From Anaerolineales bacterium (GTDB taxonomy: Bacteria; Chloroflexota; Anaerolineae; Anaerolineales; Villigracilaceae): 34,900 nt of DNA. The stretch lies in contig DASWEH010000541.1 of NCBI GenBank assembly GCA_036394895.1, positions 1 to 34,900 on the forward strand. The letters are read 5' to 3'. This document shows, in pieces, positions 25,809-34,899 of this stretch. The notes under the pieces were generated by a model. It was not told the DNA's origin. It was given only the letters and a program-made list of their open reading frames with translations, and searched no databases. Positions within the stretch are counted from its first letter, which is position 1. Each line of letters opens with the position of its first letter. The translations under genes were made by a program, and so were the position numbers.

Positions 25809-27481
25809 TTATCGTATAAGGGACCGAACTTCTTCCAGAAACTCATCGTTCAAGAAATCACCTTTCAACATGAGGGATTGAATTTGCCCCTGCAATCGGC
25901 TTTTCTCATCCACGGTCAACTCTTTTGCAGTGGCAACAATGACGGGGATGTTGGCCGTTTCTGGTTGACTGCGTAAAGAATCCAGTACCGCAAAGCCGTC
26001 GACTTCAGGCATCATCAGATCAAGGATTACCAAATCAGGCCGTTCTCTTGTGACGAGCTCAATTGCCTCACGCCCATTGGCTGCTTCTGAGATTTCAAAA
26101 TCTCCCTGTGATTGGAGAATGCGGCGGATGAGGCGACGCGCCTCGGATGTATCATCAACCACCACCACGCGCGGGAAGCGGTTTGGTGTCACATTGTTGA
26201 GGGCGGAAAGCAGGCCTTCCTGGGGCGTTGGTGTAAGTTCTTGTCTTTGAAGATCCACATCCCGAGTCCAGCCCTCGCCAAAGAGGAATTGTTCGGCAGG
26301 CAACGTATGTCCTGTGCAATTGACGACAACTGTGTCGGTTGATTTGATGATCCCAGCCCGTACCAGCTTGAAAAGCCCAGCAAAGGCGACAGCCGCGGCC
26401 GGCTCTGCTGAAATACCCTCCATTTTAGCGAGAACATGCATGGCACGGAAAGCGTCTTCATCGCTGACGCTTTCGAATACGCCATGTGTTTCATTGACTT
26501 GCTTGCGCAGCATAGTATATGTCCTGCCCGGATCGCCTGTTGCAAGGGTTTCAATACGAGTTTGGGGCGAAAGAACAGGTTCAGCCTTTTCGAGTCCTTT
26601 TTTCCAGCTTTCAACCATTGGGGCACAGCCTTCGACTTGTATCGGCGCCATGGCAGGAATATGATCGATCAGTCCAAGCTGCTGTAGCTCCCGAAAACCT
26701 TTATATACCCCCAAGGGTCCCATACCGCCACTGATCGCCTGGACATACCAATCGGGTGTGCGCCATTTGGGGGCTTCATGGGTCGAACCCGGAGGTACAC
26801 CTTGTTGCATGGTTAATTGTTCCGCAATTTCAAAGGCAATCGTTTTCATGGCTTCAACGGCGGTGACAGTCCGCGCACCCATATCCTGGTAAAGCCCGCG
26901 TTGCCGCGCAAATTCGGCTGCCACCTGCTTGGCCTGATCATAAGAGCCTGTGATCTTTACCACCTGGCTGCCGTACAGAGCGATTTCACGCATCTTGACC
27001 CCGGGGACAAGACTGGTGACGAAAGCCCAGAGCTTGATCCCAGCCCGAGCCGCATACGCGGAAAGTGAAATGGCAACATTGCCTGTGGAAGCGGCAACCA
27101 TTTCAGTCACGCCGCCTTCCTTGAGTGCCGCGATCGTAACGGCGGCCTGCCTATCTTTGAACGAAGATGTTGGTCCCTGCCGTTCATCCTTAATGTAAAG
27201 ATTTGGCAGTCCAAGCATCATACCCAGATTCGCGGCTTGAATAAGTGGCGTACCCCTTCGCCCAGCCTCAATGTGGGGTTGGGATTATGAATGGGCAGCA
27301 GCTCTTGGTAACGCCATAAATCAAAAGGCCGATTTTTGATTTCTGAAGGGAACGTACTTGCGACCTCCGTCATGTCGTATTCTGCTGCTCGCCATTGACT
27401 GTTACATTGGGGACAATGCATGGAACTGGGCATGAATGGCGCGGCGTGGCCACAGTCCAAACACCTGATTACAAATGACAT
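25809..27481 (-). CDS. Threonine-synthase-like fold-type II PLP enzyme fused to a C-terminal receiver domain; 1-base frameshift at 27253-27256
   Basis: N-part (ORF 27218-27520; ATG 27481 with SD AGGA) has CxxC..CxxC, LWRY..LLP, LGEG; continues in the other frame as GTPLIQAANLG, LYIKDE..GPTSSFKDR (PLP Lys), ASTGN, KTIAFEIAEQL, EGISAEP, TGH; then VVVVDD..ILDLMMPEVDG..VATA..LKG. Confidence 0.85.
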
Positions 27482-27509
27482 AGAGTATCCTGTTAGAAGC
27501 AGACTGGCT

Positions 27510-30500
27510 TCATGCGCCAAGTCTCTTCAATGCACTTTCGATGTTTTTGATTAATTGATCTTCGTTGAGTGAACCTTTGGTGATCAGTCGCTGCCCAAAA
27601 TCGTTCAATTGTTGCTGCTGTTCGTTTGTCAAGCCACCACCACTGACGACCAGTACGGGAATATCGCGTAAAACGGAGTTTTCGCGAAGTTTCTCAAGTA
27701 TGGTGAAACCATCCATTTCCGGCATAAAAAGATCCAGGATGATGGCGTGCGGTGTTTTTTTGATGATCGTTTCCCATCCTTTACGGCCACCTTCCGCAAG
27801 GATTGGCTTATATTGGCCGTGCTGATTTAAAATCTTCTCAATCAAGCGCAGATCGTTGGGATCGTCATCAATCACTAATACTTCATGAATCGTACCATCC
27901 TTATTCAAACGATCAAGCGCACACACTAAATCCTCTTCGAGAATGGGTTTGACAAGATAATCAGCTGCACCGAGGCTGAACCCTTTATCCGCCTGTTCCA
28001 TGATGGAGCAAATGATAACAGGGTAATCTCGTGTCGCTGGGTCAGATTTAAGATCCGTGAGAACCGACCAACCATCCCTATTTGGCATCATGATATCGAG
28101 TGTGATGGCGTAGGGCTTAATCTTCAAGACCTGTTCTTTGGCTTTTGCAGGATCAGTTAGCGGTATAACGTAATACCCTTGTGGGTTGAGGTAGCGTTCA
28201 TATAACCCAATTACTTGAGGGTCATCATCAATTGCCAGGACTACTTTCTTACCTTCAGGGATCTCCTGTTCTGGCTGATAGTAGAGAGGTAGAGTAAACC
28301 AAAACGTTGAACCTGTGCCAGCCCCACTATGAATCCCAATGCGTCCACCGTGCAGCTGCACAAGATTTGCACAGATGGAAAGTCCAAGGCCCGAGCCACC
28401 GCTCTTGCGTGTTGCTGATCCATCCACTTGTGAAAAGGCCTGGAATAGCTTCTTCTGATCTTCAATGGAAATGCCAGGACCGGTGTCGATGACGTTGATC
28501 AGGGCTTCCATTTTCCCTGTCGGACTCCTTTGGACAATCGCCTCCACAGTAATGGAACCTTCGTCAGTGAACTTGGATGCATTCGAAATGAGATTAAGCA
28601 ATACTTGTCGAACGCGCATCATATCGCCGCGCACGGAAGGCATGTTTGCTGGAATGCGCTGAATCAGCTGGATCGGTTTTTCTTTTACCAGTCCTTTGGC
28701 AGTGGACATCACACTGGTTGCCATTTCAGAGAGATGGACTTCCTCAAAGTTAAGTTCCATCTTGCCTGCTTCAATACGCGCGAGATCAAGAATATCGTTG
28801 ATCAATCCCAACAGATGTTGACCCGAGTTATAAATGGCAGTCAGATCCTGCTGCTGCATATCGCTGACGGGACCATCAATGCCTTTCAGAATAACGCGTG
28901 AGAAACCAATGATGGAGTTCAACGGCGTTCGGAGTTCATGACTCATATTCGCCAGGAATTGACTCTTTAACTGATCTACTTCGCGGAGGTCTTTAATCAA
29001 TTGTTGAGAGAGTTCGTAGGAGCGGGCATTATCAATGGCAACTGCCACCTGATCTGCCAGTGACTGCAACACGGAAAGATCATCTTTGGTGAACGCGTAG
29101 GCTTGTGTGGACTGGATGTCAATCACACCGACGCTACGTGAGCCAATTCGAAGAGGAATGGCGACTTCAGCGCGGGTATCCAGCAGGAAGGGATTAGGAA
29201 CGTAGAGAGGCTCAATGTCCGTGTCATTGACCAGCCTTGGCTCAATGCTTTCGGCCACCTTGCCAATAATGGAATTGGAACCCACAACTACTGCATACCT
29301 TTGCGCTTTCATTTTCTCGCCCGCCTCGCCAATGGCTTCACGGAGAACCACGTTGAATCCTGTCTCTTCAATAATATAGATTGCAGCGTAGTAAAAGCCG
29401 AATCGTTCGCTGATCAGGTTGACGGTGCGGGTAAAGATTGTGTTGAGGTCGAGTGTTGAGGTAACCAGACGCCCAATTTCTGAGGAAGCAGCAAGATAAT
29501 CATTTCGCCGCTTCAAAATCTCCTCTGATAACTTTCGCTCGGTAATATCTTGATGGACAGCCAGAAAACCGATGGTTTTTCCACTTTCATCAAGAATAGG
29601 ACTATTCGTTCCTTCAATAGGAATTAGAGTGCCGTCCTTCGTTTTGTTTGTAATTTCCCCTGAAACCGTTCCGCCCGAAAGTAAAGTTTCCCAAAAATGC
29701 TTGTATTGTTCATCAGGTATAAGACCTGATTTGAAGATGCGCGGAGTCTTTCCGATTGCTTCTTCAGGCGAAAAACCATAGACCTTTTCAAAAGCAGGGT
29801 TGGCATACTGAATAACGCCTTCCAAGTCAGTAATAAAAACAGCGTTATCAGAACGGTCAATGCCAAGTTTGAATTTTTGGATCTCACGTTCCGCAAGGAA
29901 ACGTTCAATAGCAGATGAGACCTGCGTCGCGATGATGGAAAGAATCTCTTTATGTTGTTCCGTAATGCGGGTTCTAGGGTCATAAGACTGGATGGCGATA
30001 ACACCTGAAACAACTTGTTTTGATCGCAGCGGAACACCAAGCCAGTCTACGCTCCTGGCACCATCGCTTGCTACTTCACCAGCAGCTTCGAGATCAGCAA
30101 AAATTTCTGGAGTGGTACGTAACGGCTTGCCCGTGCGAATCACATAGCTTGTAAGCCCTCTACCAAGCTTTCGCGGGGACCAATCTTCATCAATTTCATC
30201 TAAATGATATGGGAAGGTGATCCAGTTGGTTTTCGGATCATGTTGTGCAATATAGAGATTGTTTACGGGTAGAAGTGGCTTAATAGCCTCATGAATGGAT
30301 TGAAATAATTCATCCATGGTTTTGGAGGAAAGCACGCTTTCAGAGATTTGCGTGATAGCAATTTGTGTAAGTTCATTAAATTTACGGTCCGTAATATCAC
30401 GCGCGACCCAGAACACCTGATCTTCATTTAATTTCGAGACATTTGCATCGAACCATAAGTTATTTCCGGCAATATTAAGCGGGTATTCAATTCTTATTGT

Positions 30501-32123
30501 CTCATTACTGCTCAACGCCTCATGAATTGTCTCCATGAATTGGCTGTGCAATTCTAGCGGTAAAATCTCTTTTATATACCTACCTATCATTTCATCGGGA
30601 GGCCGTATAAGTAAGGACGGATTGGTTGGAGCAATTCGAACGTAGCGACCCTCTTTGTCATACACGATAATCACATCATTCATAGATGCAAATAACGCGC
30701 GAAGTTCAGCCTCAGATTTTTGTGTCTCTTGGAAAAGGCTGGCATTTTGGACAGCAATCGCCGCCTGACGAGCCAGACTGGTCAAGAATTCCAACTCTGC
30801 CGTAGTAAATTCTTTGCCCTGACCTGCGCGCCAAACAGACATCAGCCCGGTTACCTTATCCGCAGATAAGATAGGAACTCCCATGATATGCTCAAAGGGT
30901 CTTTCAACTGTTCCCTGGATAGTAATTGCCTCGGGCTGATTGTTGGCATCATTTACTGTCTGACCCGCTTTTTGCAAAATGATTTTCCCAAGAATGCCCT
31001 GGCCGGTATGAATTGCATCGTTCTTGATCTCTTCTGCATCTGCACCAATGACCGAAATCGCGCGCCACTCATCCATGCCATCTGGGGCTTGCAAATATAC
31101 AGCACTGCTTTCTACCTGAAACAAGTCTCTTGCGTAGGTTGCGATTTTGGCAAGTACCGTTTCCAAATCCAATGTGACCGAGATCTCGCGCCCGACCTCT
31201 GCAAGGATAGTGGTCTCCTGAGCGCGGCGTTGGGCCTCTTGGAATAGGCGCGCATTTTCAATCGCGATGGCAGCTTGACTAGCAATGGTTGTTAAAATAT
31301 CGCGATTGTGCTCGTTATAAAGATTTGGTCTCTGAACGCTTTGTACCGAGATCAACCCGAGCACACGCTCCCCGATCATGAGTGGCACGCCCAACCAGGA
31401 TTGAGAAGGAGTCTCATCCTCATTCAACGCAATAAATTCAATGCCAAGTGACTCCATATGTTTTAGTACATCATTTGGAGCAAATACAGCTCTTTTGTTG
31501 CGAATGATGTAATCTGAAAAGCCGCGGTTTCCTAATTTGCTGGGTGACAGTTGAATCCGCTGGCCCTCTTCAAAGGCTAATGGATAACTTTTTTCTTCCT
31601 TTTTCTGATCGTAGAGGGCAACGAAAAAATTACTGGTGTCCATCAGGCGGCTGGTGTAACGATAAACAACCTCCGCGATTGCTAGCGTGTCCAACTTCGT
31701 CGACAATTCTCGACCCATTTCATTGAGCACACTCAATTCTTCTGCGCGAGTTTGGGTTTCCTGAAATAACCTTGCATTTTCCAGTGCCAATGAAAGCTGA
31801 TCTGCTACCTGTTTTACAAGTAGTTGTTCGTCCTGACTCCAGGTGCGCTGCTCTGACTCATCCAATACCTGTAAAGTTGCCCAGGTGTTTTGTCCCGCCT
31901 GGAATGCAAGTGACATCGCTGATTCCTGTTGTGAAACCTGACTTGCCATTTCAACAGGCTGTCTGACCCTCTTGATTGGATTTATCTCAGAATGTTGAAT
32001 GGACTTCTCTTCTGAGGCGGCGCGTTTAGGCGACACCGGCTTGAATTCCGCAGGCATCTGCTCAGGTTTTGCATCTTCAAATAAATGCTTAAGCCGCTTG
32101 TCGATTGGCTTCTTCTTTGGCAT
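27510..32123 (-). CDS. Soluble hybrid histidine kinase: half-GAF, GAF, GAF, PAS, GAF, PAS, GAF, HisKA, HATPase, REC, REC
   Basis: Repeated ...A(I/L/V)xNA.LFQE GAF ends; PAS ends RDITDRK and QDITERK; FLANMSHELRTPLN, NLISNASKFT, DTGPGI, GSGLGL; receivers LDIMMP and LDLFMP. Confidence 0.95.
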   Translation of the reverse strand: MPKKKPIDKRLKHLFEDAKPEQMPAEFKPVSPKRAASEEKSIQHSEINPIKRVRQPVEMASQVSQQESAMSLAFQAGQNTWATLQVLDESEQRTWSQDEQLLVKQVADQLSLALENARLFQETQTRAEELSVLNEMGRELSTKLDTLAIAEVVYRYTSRLMDTSNFFVALYDQKKEEKSYPLAFEEGQRIQLSPSKLGNRGFSDYIIRNKRAVFAPNDVLKHMESLGIEFIALNEDETPSQSWLGVPLMIGERVLGLISVQSVQRPNLYNEHNRDILTTIASQAAIAIENARLFQEAQRRAQETTILAEVGREISVTLDLETVLAKIATYARDLFQVESSAVYLQAPDGMDEWRAISVIGADAEEIKNDAIHTGQGILGKIILQKAGQTVNDANNQPEAITIQGTVERPFEHIMGVPILSADKVTGLMSVWRAGQGKEFTTAELEFLTSLARQAAIAVQNASLFQETQKSEAELRALFASMNDVIIVYDKEGRYVRIAPTNPSLLIRPPDEMIGRYIKEILPLELHSQFMETIHEALSSNETIRIEYPLNIAGNNLWFDANVSKLNEDQVFWVARDITDRKFNELTQIAITQISESVLSSKTMDELFQSIHEAIKPLLPVNNLYIAQHDPKTNWITFPYHLDEIDEDWSPRKLGRGLTSYVIRTGKPLRTTPEIFADLEAAGEVASDGARSVDWLGVPLRSKQVVSGVIAIQSYDPRTRITEQHKEILSIIATQVSSAIERFLAEREIQKFKLGIDRSDNAVFITDLEGVIQYANPAFEKVYGFSPEEAIGKTPRIFKSGLIPDEQYKHFWETLLSGGTVSGEITNKTKDGTLIPIEGTNSPILDESGKTIGFLAVHQDITERKLSEEILKRRNDYLAASSEIGRLVTSTLDLNTIFTRTVNLISERFGFYYAAIYIIEETGFNVVLREAIGEAGEKMKAQRYAVVVGSNSIIGKVAESIEPRLVNDTDIEPLYVPNPFLLDTRAEVAIPLRIGSRSVGVIDIQSTQAYAFTKDDLSVLQSLADQVAVAIDNARSYELSQQLIKDLREVDQLKSQFLANMSHELRTPLNSIIGFSRVILKGIDGPVSDMQQQDLTAIYNSGQHLLGLINDILDLARIEAGKMELNFEEVHLSEMATSVMSTAKGLVKEKPIQLIQRIPANMPSVRGDMMRVRQVLLNLISNASKFTDEGSITVEAIVQRSPTGKMEALINVIDTGPGISIEDQKKLFQAFSQVDGSATRKSGGSGLGLSICANLVQLHGGRIGIHSGAGTGSTFWFTLPLYYQPEQEIPEGKKVVLAIDDDPQVIGLYERYLNPQGYYVIPLTDPAKAKEQVLKIKPYAITLDIMMPNRDGWSVLTDLKSDPATRDYPVIICSIMEQADKGFSLGAADYLVKPILEEDLVCALDRLNKDGTIHEVLVIDDDPNDLRLIEKILNQHGQYKPILAEGGRKGWETIIKKTPHAIILDLFMPEMDGFTILEKLRENSVLRDIPVLVVSGGGLTNEQQQQLNDFGQRLITKGSLNEDQLIKNIESALKRLGA

Positions 32124-32874
32124 ATTCCATTAACTCCTGAGCAAGGACACGGTACTGTTGCGAGCCGCGGCTGGTAGGCTTGTATTGTGTAATCGGTACA
32201 CCTGCAATCGGGCTTTCTCGAAGTTTTGTATCAATCTCGATCACAGTTGTGAAGACACCCTGCCCAAATGTAGCCTGTAATTGTTCGAAAATATTGCGGT
32301 GCGTGCGGTTTCGTCGATCCAGTAAAGTGACAAGGATTCGGTATGCAAGATTCGGATTACTCTCCTGTCGAACACGGCGAATGATGCCCATCATGTTCCT
32401 AAGAGCATACGCAGAGAAATACTCAGCCTGAGTCGGGATAATGAGCAGATCTGCTGCAGAGAGAGCATTAAGTGTGATTGCGCCCAAAGCAGGAGGACAG
32501 TCAAGCAGGATATATTCATAGGGAAGAGGAGCCGCCTGCAGGGCGGTGCGGAGCGTCGCCATATAATGGCTTCGCATCGGCAGGAATTGTTCTGCGTTCT
32601 CGATCCGTGAATTGGAGGGGACAAGATCCAGATTTTTCACCTCGGTTCGGCGAATAGCGCTTTTGATAGCAACATTGTCAATCAACACGCTTGAAGAATT
32701 AAACTCTACCTCTGCCGCTTCAAGACCCAGGGCAAGGCTCAAGTTTGCCTGCGGATCAAGATCAACCAGTAAAACTCGATGATCCAACTCGGCCAGCGCG
32801 GCACCTAAAGATAAAGTAGAGGTTGTCTTTGCAACCCCACCCTTTTCATTTGACATTGCAATTGTAAATGCCAT
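32089..32874 (-). CDS. Orphan Soj/ParA-family ATPase
   Basis: NEKGGVAKTT (deviant Walker A), VDLDPQANL, LDCPP.LG, IPTQAEYF, L.ESP..G; ATG 32874 with SD AGAGGA; 3' end overlaps the kinase start by 35 bp. Confidence 0.92.
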   Translation of the reverse strand: MAFTIAMSNEKGGVAKTTSTLSLGAALAELDHRVLLVDLDPQANLSLALGLEAAEVEFNSSSVLIDNVAIKSAIRRTEVKNLDLVPSNSRIENAEQFLPMRSHYMATLRTALQAAPLPYEYILLDCPPALGAITLNALSAADLLIIPTQAEYFSAYALRNMMGIIRRVRQESNPNLAYRILVTLLDRRNRTHRNIFEQLQATFGQGVFTTVIEIDTKLRESPIAGVPITQYKPTSRGSQQYRVLAQELMEYAKEEANRQAA

Positions 32875-32901
32875 TTTTCCTCTTGTTTTATCCATTGAAA
32901 A

Positions 32902-34626
32902 TTACTCGGTGCCTTTTACTGACTGCGGAATGACTTCCACTTTGCTGGCACCCAGGGCTTTGCGCAATTCTTCCATTGCGGTTTGAATCATAGATTGTGG
33001 ATCGTTTACACTTCGGATCTTGCCGGTAATATCTGACACCAATCGTTCGCGTTCTGCGCGTCGGGTTGTTTCTTCGAAAAGACGCGCATTTTCCGCGGAA
33101 AGCGCCACCCGTTCGGCAACAGCTTTGATGAGATCGATCTGATCCTGGTTAAGCGCCGCTGTCGATGGGGATTGAACCACCAGTGAGCCAATTGTTTCAC
33201 CGCGTAACACGATTGGTACTACAACTTGGCTAGCTTCCCTTTGATTGGCTCTACTTTTACTTAGTTCTGTCAAATCAAGCCGCTCATGGAGAGGTGACGA
33301 ACCGGCGATGCCGTAGCGATAGCCAAGTAATTTGGTTTCCACAGGCATATGAAGCCAAGCCTCACGGGTCAATTGGCGGCTAATTGATTCTGCGTCTGAG
33401 AGTGCCCGGCGTGTTTCATCAAACAGACGAGCATTCTCAATGGCTAAACTCACTTGATCGGCAAGCAAGCTAAGCATTTGGATGTCTTCCTCGGTAAACG
33501 CTCCTTTTTCTGTGCTTTGCACATCTAAGGCACCAACAATAAGCTTTCCGCTCTTTAGCGGTAGAGCCATTTCAGAATGTGTATCTGGAAGCTCGGGATT
33601 GTCAAAAAACACTGCATCTTCGCCCACATCCATCGCAATACGTGGATTGCCGGTTAATGTTACGTTGCCTACAATGCCTTGCTCCCCCACGCGTAATCGG
33701 TGTCTGCGTTCCAGCATCTGCTTCCCACCCTCACTATTTGCAGCGCTTAATACAGCATATTCATTTGTGTCATCCAAAAGAAAGATACCAACATGGTAGA
33801 AACCAAACCTGCTGCTAATCACGATTGTGATGTGAGGCAATAATTCCTGAAGATCTCGAATGGAAGTAATGGCTTGTGTCACCTGAGTTAGAGCTTCAAA
33901 TTGCGCGGCCCGGCGGTGTATCTGTGAATTGGCTTGGTCCAATTCCTGATTTCGATTCGCAAGTTCATGAGTGCGATCTTCTACGCGTAGTTCCAGCTCG
34001 TCGCGTAGCTCGGTCAGTTGCTGATTGCTTACTCTCAATTCAGTTGCAGTTATATTCGATCTTTTCAGAGCGCCCTGCAGGCTGCTGATAATCAGATAAA
34101 GAAATATTGAGCCGAAAATAAATAATACTGTGCCTTCGATTGCCACTTCAACAGCGGGACCTGGCACATAATTAATGATTCCAATATTTTCTGCATATGC
34201 CAGTCCGAATCCGGAAGCTACGCTGAGGATAGTAAATCCGATAGCGGGTTTCCATCCTAGCAACAATCCAGCCATCAGTATGACTACAAAGTAACTGGTG
34301 AATGCTGTCCCTCTAACGCCACTTCCACTGAGTGCAATCATCGTGCTCGCTAGCCAGATGGTTGTGACATGCAGATACGCGGCAAACCGTACTTGGCCTG
34401 CCTTCATCAAAAACCAAACAACGGCAAGGATAGTGACGATCGCGGCTAGTATTAAGTTATCAATACCAAAAGGTTCGGCACCAGTTCCTGTGCGAACAAT
34501 AATAAAGAGCAACAGAATTGGAATATTACTCAAGACAATTATATTGAGGTATGACGCAGAACGCGTTTTTTCCTCGTCGTCAGTGAAGGTGGGAGCCGCA
34601 AAGTATTTCAAGAATGAATTTGACAT
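32902..34626 (-). CDS. Membrane GAF-domain receptor-like protein without an enzymatic output domain
   Basis: About 6 N-terminal TM helices, signalling-helix-like LELRVEDRTHEL, full GAF (FYHVGIFL...NPELPDTHSEMALPL...ENARLF), then a C-half plus N-half GAF module. Confidence 0.88.
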   Translation of the reverse strand: MSNSFLKYFAAPTFTDDEEKTRSASYLNIIVLSNIPILLLFIIVRTGTGAEPFGIDNLILAAIVTILAVVWFLMKAGQVRFAAYLHVTTIWLASTMIALSGSGVRGTAFTSYFVVILMAGLLLGWKPAIGFTILSVASGFGLAYAENIGIINYVPGPAVEVAIEGTVLFIFGSIFLYLIISSLQGALKRSNITATELRVSNQQLTELRDELELRVEDRTHELANRNQELDQANSQIHRRAAQFEALTQVTQAITSIRDLQELLPHITIVISSRFGFYHVGIFLLDDTNEYAVLSAANSEGGKQMLERRHRLRVGEQGIVGNVTLTGNPRIAMDVGEDAVFFDNPELPDTHSEMALPLKSGKLIVGALDVQSTEKGAFTEEDIQMLSLLADQVSLAIENARLFDETRRALSDAESISRQLTREAWLHMPVETKLLGYRYGIAGSSPLHERLDLTELSKSRANQREASQVVVPIVLRGETIGSLVVQSPSTAALNQDQIDLIKAVAERVALSAENARLFEETTRRAERERLVSDITGKIRSVNDPQSMIQTAMEELRKALGASKVEVIPQSVKGTE

Positions 34627-34641
34627 GGTCCTATACTCCGG

Positions 34642-34899
34642 CTACTTGGAACCGTTACCCTTCCCGCTTTGAAACTGGATCACAACTTCTGAACCTGGCA
34701 GGACTCGACCCAGTTCCTCAACCGCAGTCTGCAAGACGTTGCGCATATTGACGGATGCGCCGATCTTGCCAGAGATATCTGCTGTGAGGCGGTCAATCTC
34801 TGCGCGGCGTTGCGTCGTTCGCAAGAGCGTCGCTGACTCCAATGCGAGCGACAGGCGGTCAGCAACTGCCCTGGCGATATCCACTTCATCCGGATCCCA
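34642..34899 (-). CDS. C-terminus of another GAF-domain protein (5' part outside the window), paralogous tail to 32902-34626
   Basis: Frame open to the window edge: WDPDEVDIARAVADRLSLALESATLLRTTQRRAEIDRLTADISGKIGASVNMRNVLQTAVEELGRVLPGSEVVIQF. Confidence 0.85.
   Translation of the reverse strand, partial: WDPDEVDIARAVADRLSLALESATLLRTTQRRAEIDRLTADISGKIGASVNMRNVLQTAVEELGRVLPGSEVVIQFQSGKGNGSK

Noticed and set aside
27250-27262. Programmed -1 ribosomal frameshift in the ThrC-like gene
   Set aside because: GGC GAA GGG GTA is not an X XXY YYZ slippery heptamer in the zero frame; a simple indel explains it better
32089-32874. Chromosome or plasmid partition locus (parABS)
   Set aside because: No parB and no parS-like palindrome noticed nearby; the gene is embedded in a signalling operon
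1247-34889. Many short alternative-frame or antisense ORFs in the track (e.g. 6174-6566, 10113-10541, 14420-14830, 22790-23212, 26189-26626, 29624-30040)
   Set aside because: They lie within well-supported genes and have no recognisable motifs; expected shadow ORFs
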